From Flaccisagitta enflata (lineage: Eukaryota), in assembly GCA_965153355.1 (NCBI GenBank), contig OZ231126.1:32798001-32862000 (forward strand): a stretch of 64,000 nt of DNA. The letters are read 5' to 3'. This document shows positions 57,351-64,000 of the stretch, piece by piece. Each line of letters starts with the position of its first letter. The stretch's first letter is position 1. The notes under the pieces are model-generated. The model searched no databases. It had not been told where the DNA came from and saw only the letters and a program-made list of their open reading frames with translations. A program made the translations under genes and the position numbers.

Positions 57351-58671
57351 AACAAAAATTAATCCTCCAGTTTTAGTCGGGTTTGCTCGGAATGTACTGT
57401 GAAAGCATTGCCCGATTTATTGCCTTGCCACATTGGCGCGCACTTTGTTTTCTTGTTTCTTGCATTAAGAACGTCGTTTTGCAGAATATGACCGGCCAAA
57501 AAAAAAAAAAAAAGAGGTTAATTCATTTATTTCAGGCCCGTTCTCACCGCACGAATCTTTCTATTTGCAGAGATTCCAGTAAATCAGATCCAGTTTCGAC
57601 GGCCTGCAGCACAATTTGCAAATAAGAGTTAACAATACTATTTAGTCACGTTCAGGCAATGTCAGTCGGTCGGTTGGTCGGTCTGTCCATCCTTCCATCA
57701 GTATGAAATGTGCAACGTAACTTACAAGAATTCTTGAAAAACAAAACTGTGCTCTGCGGTTTTTTCTGCCCTTGCTTACCCCAACGCGACTTGAGAAGCC
57801 CTCTGTATCTAGCTATGTTTCGGAATTAGTGAAGGTATTTTGGGGGTATCATATCTAAATTTCATGTCCCGCACTGTAGCCGAACTGTGGCCGCGCTGTG
57901 GCCGCACTGTGGCTGCACTGTGGCCGTACTATGGCCGCACTGTGGCCGCGCAAGGTAGGAACGCTCTGACGAAGTTACCAAGGCGATATCGACCCTCTCA
58001 GATATTCTGAATTGCGGTTTTGCAAATGAGAAAGAGAAATGTTTGCACCAATTGTAAACCATTCCATTTAGCAGTTAAAAACCTTTTTTTGGAACTTTTG
58101 AAATATCATGAAACTAAAAATAAACTTTCTGAGACTTTTTTAACTTTTGATGAAAAAAACTTTGGATGGCTGGAAAACTGATATACATCTGAATTTCAAT
58201 GAAAAAAATTTCGTCGAAAAAAATTACGTCCATGTACTTAACAAAGATTCAGTTTGTCATTGCCTGCAATCTCAACAAAATCATGCTTGAATGGAAATAG
58301 TGAAAGTATTTATATCATATGGATCCCTTATTCAAAATCAATTGTCAGCGGCTTCAACCAAGCAGCAATGTATGGGGGGGGGGGGGGCTAGGGACTTCAC
58401 AGCCAATTCCAAGCACGACGGCAAATCTAAGCACGACTTACTTTCAACTGATTTGCTATAAATACTATGCTTTCTAAGCCAATACTAGACAAAAAGTAAC
58501 AATGAAAGTGTTATTCTCATTTAGAATGTCATTTCTGTATCAAATAGATCTGTTTTTGATTGATTCACACAATTTAGTGTATTGTGCAAAAAAAGTATCT
58601 AGAATAACTATAGTAGCTATAGCTAGGGGCAAAGCATACTAATAATAACATAAAAATAAGTATAAACATAA

Positions 58672-59128
58672 ACAAGGCCAACACCTATAAGTCGCGTGCG
58701 AGATTTACAGGGTAAGAAGGACTTAGAATGACTCTAATTTAATTTAAACTAATTCTTGTAATGACTAATGACTTAGAACGACTTAGAACGACTTAGAACG
58801 ACTTAAAATGACCAAGAAGGACTTAGAATGACTAAAAACGACTTAGAACGACCAAAAACGACTTAAAATAACTTAAAATGACTTTGAATAACTTAGAATG
58901 ACTTAGAATGACTCAAAATGACTTAGAATAACTATTAATGACTAAAAAGTCTTAAATGACCTAAGAGCTGACGCTTTATTACAAAAAAAAGAAAGTTCAT
59001 GACGGTGATTGATTGGATCACTGGACGGACGTGGATTTTCTATCGGACGGATCGGACGGACGGACGCTGACGGATGACCTTACGGACGGACGAAGAGGGG
59101 TGTAGAGTCGCGTGCACGCGACTAAAAA
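58672..59128 (-). mobile_element. HINE-like element, same family
   Basis: Same termini as 6726-7631 and an (AATGACTTAG)n array, but lacks the 11-bp array. Confidence 0.6.
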
Positions 59129-59204
59129 ATAGCAAGCTCGTTTATCATTTCCCCATACTGATTTTATTTGAAATTTCTATTTCTATTGTGTTTTTCTGAC
59201 TGTT

Positions 59205-59235
<31 letters not shown>

Positions 59236-59255
59236 ATGTCTTGATATCTGTCAGC

Positions 59256-59371
<116 letters not shown>

Positions 59372-60984
59372 TTTTTTTTTTTTTTTTTTCCTCACTTTTT
59401 TTTCATATTAAAATTTTTCACAACACATTTTCAAGCCTGACAAACTTTTCAAGCCTGACAGCAGGTGATGTCACGTGATGTCCCTGAAGTCCCTTGCCAT
59501 ACATGGCTTCACCCAAGCTAGTGCAATCTCTGGATGATGGGTACAGCGTCAATGTGTTCGCTGAGTGTGTCAAAGACTCTTGTTTGAGTGTCACCGTCAA
59601 GTATGTCAAAACAACCGATTATGACCACACACGACGGCGAGCCTCCGAAGCCAACATTTTTTTTGTTTCAACGAGGGTCAATAATTATTCAGTTTTAATT
59701 AGATGCATATTTCTATTTTGACCCTCGTTGAAACAAAAAATCAGTGAACAAGGCCGGATACACGGCCACCAGTTGTGACGGTGGGCAGGGTGAAATGCGC
59801 ATTTTCACACTTCCAACTTGATCACCACAGACGGACGGACCAACGGACCAACGGACGGACGCAAAGTTCTCATAGGGTTGCGTCCGCAACCAAAAGATTG
59901 ATTTGAGTACGGTAGATGTCGTCTAGACTTGAAATTAGGGAATTCATTACAGGAAGACAAATAAACCTAAGAGACTGATATTTGGAATGTAAACTAATAA
60001 AAGGATGCTTTATTGCCCATGGGTGTTGGTTGCCATGGAAACACGTTTCCATGTATTTACCCTAAAGTATCAATATTTTGAGAAATTTTTTGAGGGAACA
60101 TTGTTTAAAATAAAATTTGCTAGAATTTTCCCACAATATGTTCTCTAAGAATATCGCTGGTGTGGCATTTGCAAGGAAGCATCACTGGGCACACATAATT
60201 ACGCTCCTAGTGTAAAACAAGATAATTGCATATATATATGGTAGTTCAGTGGGATTAGTTTATCTATACGAGGACAATCACCCGCATACGGACCTGTTCC
60301 ACATCTTCACTCCTTGTCCATGTGCGGCTCTGTCACATCCAACTTTGCAAATGGAACACCATGATTGTCTCGTTGCTCGCTCATTAAATGCGGCCTTGAC
60401 CTTGTCTCGACAACTGATTGTTTGACTTCTGAATGTCACTTGTGACTCAAGAATAACTTAAAGGGCCTCAGCCTCTTCTGCTCATAGCAATCGGGAGAAA
60501 GACAAATATAGAATCATCGTCGCTTCTTAACTTCTAATTATGCGGTATAAAAAGGCCTACACACAACACGGTTCTCGACCTCGGCACAACAATGAATCTA
60601 AAGGGGATAGAACGGATTAAGAATGAGCTCATATCAAATCAACGCTTGGAAATGAAATGGCGAAGAGATACACAATGGGCATCTAACTACTACAATGATT
60701 CATCTAAGACGAGGAAAAAGAATGAGCAGATACTTTTATAACCATTGACTTAAGGACGAGATTTATAACTCAAGGTAACTTAAGGTTGAGTCACGAAATC
60801 TAGCTACTGAATTATTCGTATGAACTCGATGAATGACTACTGAATAAAACGAGAAACTGTCATTCATTTTATGAATACTGTAACGCTAATGAATCTTTAC
60901 CACGGGATATAATCGGGAAAAGGACTTAAGATGGCATCCATATTACTCTAGAGTCTGTATATCAAGGATGCATAATTTGGTGTA

Positions 60985-63000
60985 CAGTACGAGAATCAAA
61001 GAATTGGGTAACTGGAGGGAAGCTATATCTGTAAAACGGCTAAGATTCATAATCAAATTTTTTACCACAAAATGCACCTATAGGTGTACTATGTTGTTTA
61101 AGGTTTGGGACAATTATTTTTGTTCAAAATTTTTTTCTCCAGTTTTTGGCTAAGATATTGACTATAAATGACAAAAAAAATTATGGTATTATAGAGGTTG
61201 ATAATGTTGTTTTTATAAGATTAATTTTAGATATATATTTAAACTCAAAAAGTTGTATAGTATTTCCAGATTCTTTGATAACCTTATCTTGTAAGTATAG
61301 TATTTTAGATTCACTGTATAAGGTGTAAAATTTCTATTTAAATGAATTTTTGATACAGTTATGAAATTTAAAATTTTTCTCAAAATACAATGTGGGACGT
61401 ATTTTTGGTCAAAATTCTTTTTTCAAATAAAAATTTTGCCAATTGTTGGTTTTTGATAAAATAAATAATACGAGTTCTAAAATTTTTGAACTTTATTCTT
61501 TAATTGTTCTCAAAATTTGTGAAAATGACCCATTTGAAGTTGAATAAAACTTTTCAATATCTGGGAGTCATCTTCATTTTTAGTAGATAATACTTCCAGC
61601 ACTTAACTTCACCTAGGCTGATTACTCAGCATTTATGGTGCCAGGAGATATTGACGTTTAAAAACACATCAGAGCAAATCAGCAAAATTGACATTTTGCC
61701 ATTTTAAGCTTAGGAACTGCATTTTTTTCCTTCACATACCTCCATTTTGGCTGAAGTTACTCATTTTATGGTTACATTCATATTGCAAAATTTCACACTT
61801 GTCAGTCAGTTTTGCCGTTTTACAGTTATGGTGGTCCAAAGTTTCAAAAAATGCAAATTTTTCAATCAAATCTTAGGCGGAAAAATCAGCAAAAATTTTT
61901 CAAAAAAAGGTCTCCAAAGGGGGGGTCCAAAAAATTAGAAATTATTTCATTTTCCCAACTCAAAAACCCTGATGAAAACTTTTTTTTCAATTTTTTTGAA
62001 AAATTTTCACAGTAGTTTTTGTTGAAAAATTTGCATTTTTTGAAACTTTGGACCACCATAACTGTAAAACGGCTTAACTGACAAGTGTGAAATTTTGGAA
62101 TATGAATATTTGCATAAACATGAGTAACTTCAGACAAAATGGAGGTGTGTGAAGGAAAAAATACAATTTTATAAAAGCTTCAAAATGGCCAAATGTCAAT
62201 TTTGGTTGATTTTGTTTCTGACAAAGTAACTTTGAACGTCAATATCTCCATAGCCGTTAGTCGCAGTGAGCTCAAATTTTAGGTGAAGTTAGGGTAGATA
62301 ACAGGTAACAACTCTACCAAAAATGAAGATGATCGGATGACAGGAACAGTTTTTATTCAACTTCAAAAAATGGGTCATTTTCATAAATTTTCAGAGGAAA
62401 AATTTTTTTTTTCTAAGAGGGCTAGTTCAAAATTTTTTTTAGAAACTCTTAATTTGTTATTTATCTTATCGAAAAATAACAATTGCCAAATTTTTTTATT
62501 AGAAAAAAAAATTTTGACCCAAAAACGTCCTACATTGCATTTTGTGAAAAATTTAGAATTTCATAACTGTATCAAAAATTCATTTTAAGAACTGAAATTT
62601 TGCACACTTATTAGTGAATCCTAAAACTACCACACCAAAAATCAAGGGATTTTATTGAAAATCTTAGAAATATCCCACTTTTTGTGTTTTTTGAGTTTTG
62701 GGTATAGCCACAAAATTGGCTAGAAAATCCTCAACAAAAATGAAATTTGTAAGCACGCATCTAAACTAATATACATGTGAAAGAATATTTTTTTAGTGTG
62801 ATTTTTGTGGTCAAAATCAGCCAAAAACAGAAAAAAAATTTTTGGACAAAAAAAAATGAATTTGTTGGAATGGCTCCAAAACCTTAAACAACATAGTACA
62901 CCTATAGGTGCATTTTGTGGTAAAAAATTTGATTATGAATCCTAGTCGTTTTACAGATATGGCTTCCCTCCAGTTACCCAGTTCTTTGATTCTCGTACTG
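60985..63000. mobile_element. ~2 kb non-autonomous foldback DNA transposon with TA target site
   Basis: TA|CAGTACGAGAATCAAAGAA ... TTCTTTGATTCTCGTACTG|TA; the two halves are imperfect reverse complements almost to the centre (~61900-61980); no transposase ORF. Confidence 0.8.
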
Positions 63001-63206
63001 TAATCCTGAGATTTTTTACTATAAAGCGGACCCCGCGTTCCAGCTCCTTCTCTCACAAAGTCCCCGACAATATAATTGTTCGATGAGCGCCGCCTCTAAA
63101 TCCGATGAGTGAATGGAATGAACGTTCATGATACAAAATGGCCACTGCAGCAGTGATGTAAAGCGTCAAATATGATCAAAAACTCAGAAAGTGATCTTCA
63201 GCTTAT

Positions 63207-63825
63207 ACAACACTGTCATGTACATAACTAGATCAAAGAGTCCTTCAATTTTTTAAAAAAAGAAAGCTTGCTAGGTTTGAAGTAGGTTAACAAAGCAAAA
63301 ACCATCATATTTTGGCAAGAAACAGCGATTTTGTGGGTTTTTAGCAATTTTTGCCCAGAAGCTCATTTGCATATTGTCGTAATTTGTTTTTTTGGTTATA
63401 ATTCGTCCAATATTCATCAGATATGCCTGAAAATTTGTGGGGAAGTATATTTTTATGATTTCTAACATCCCATGAGCTCTTTTAGACATCTTTTCATCAA
63501 GGCTTATTTTTTTTATTTTTGGAGTTTAATAATGCATTTTAGGCATCTTAACGTTGACGAAATTTCGTGAAATTTCTTACAAATATTCAGCAGATGATTA
63601 TTTATCATTACCAGGGTATGTTACCTCTTCAGAGATGTATCTTCATGCTGTTTATCTCAAAAAACCACCATTTTTGGCCAAAAAAAGTGTTTTTAATTTT
63701 GGCTCGCAATCGGGTGAAATAAAGTTGATATTCTTAATCTACACCTTTTTTAGGACTAGTATGCAAAAATTTGGAGACGGGTTAATTTTTTTTTTTTTTT
63801 TTTTTTCAAAGGGTTTTGGGCTAGC
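63207..63825. repeat. Dispersed copy of the repeat forming the inner palindrome arms
   Basis: Direct match to ~24390-25017 (near-identical 72-aa spurious ORFs 24453..24671 and 63271..63489); similarity ends at GGGCTAGCG. Confidence 0.8.
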
Positions 63826-63936
63826 GTCAAGTTCCGAAATCTGCAATGGATAAAAAAATCCACCAGAAATTGTCGAAAAAAAAGTCAGTCAATTTATCAA
63901 AATTTCTTAAAGGGGAAAAAAAAAGAGAAAAAGAAC

Positions 63937-64000
<64 letters not shown>

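Noticed and set aside
59494-59721. 75-aa non-repetitive ORF
   Set aside because: No recognisable homology or consistent exon structure.

Overview
AT-rich, microsatellite-dense eukaryotic (metazoan, probably invertebrate) genomic DNA; no prokaryotic features. The window is dominated by a ~39 kb imperfect palindrome: 3435-~23610 is repeated in inverted orientation at ~24343-42748 around a ~730 bp spacer. Each arm carries the same eight GT-AG exons of a classical (DN-cadherin/type III-like) cadherin, covering about three extracellular cadherin repeats. The two copies converge and both stop after the same exon; no upstream or downstream cadherin exons were found in the window. The arms differ by scattered substitutions, arm-specific indels (a ~2.9 kb segment, a ~0.7 kb insertion with a 5-bp direct repeat) and one heavily degraded ~1.9 kb stretch. 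The structure is therefore either a young inverted duplication seeded at a central foldback element or a haplotype fold-back misassembly. Four exon boundaries are echoed by tandem copies of their own splice site. The rest is transposon debris (5'-truncated LINE, LINE ORF1-like remnants, Helentron/HINE-like elements, TA-flanked foldbacks, MITEs) and simple repeats. Nearly all ORFs in the supplied track are microsatellite artefacts.
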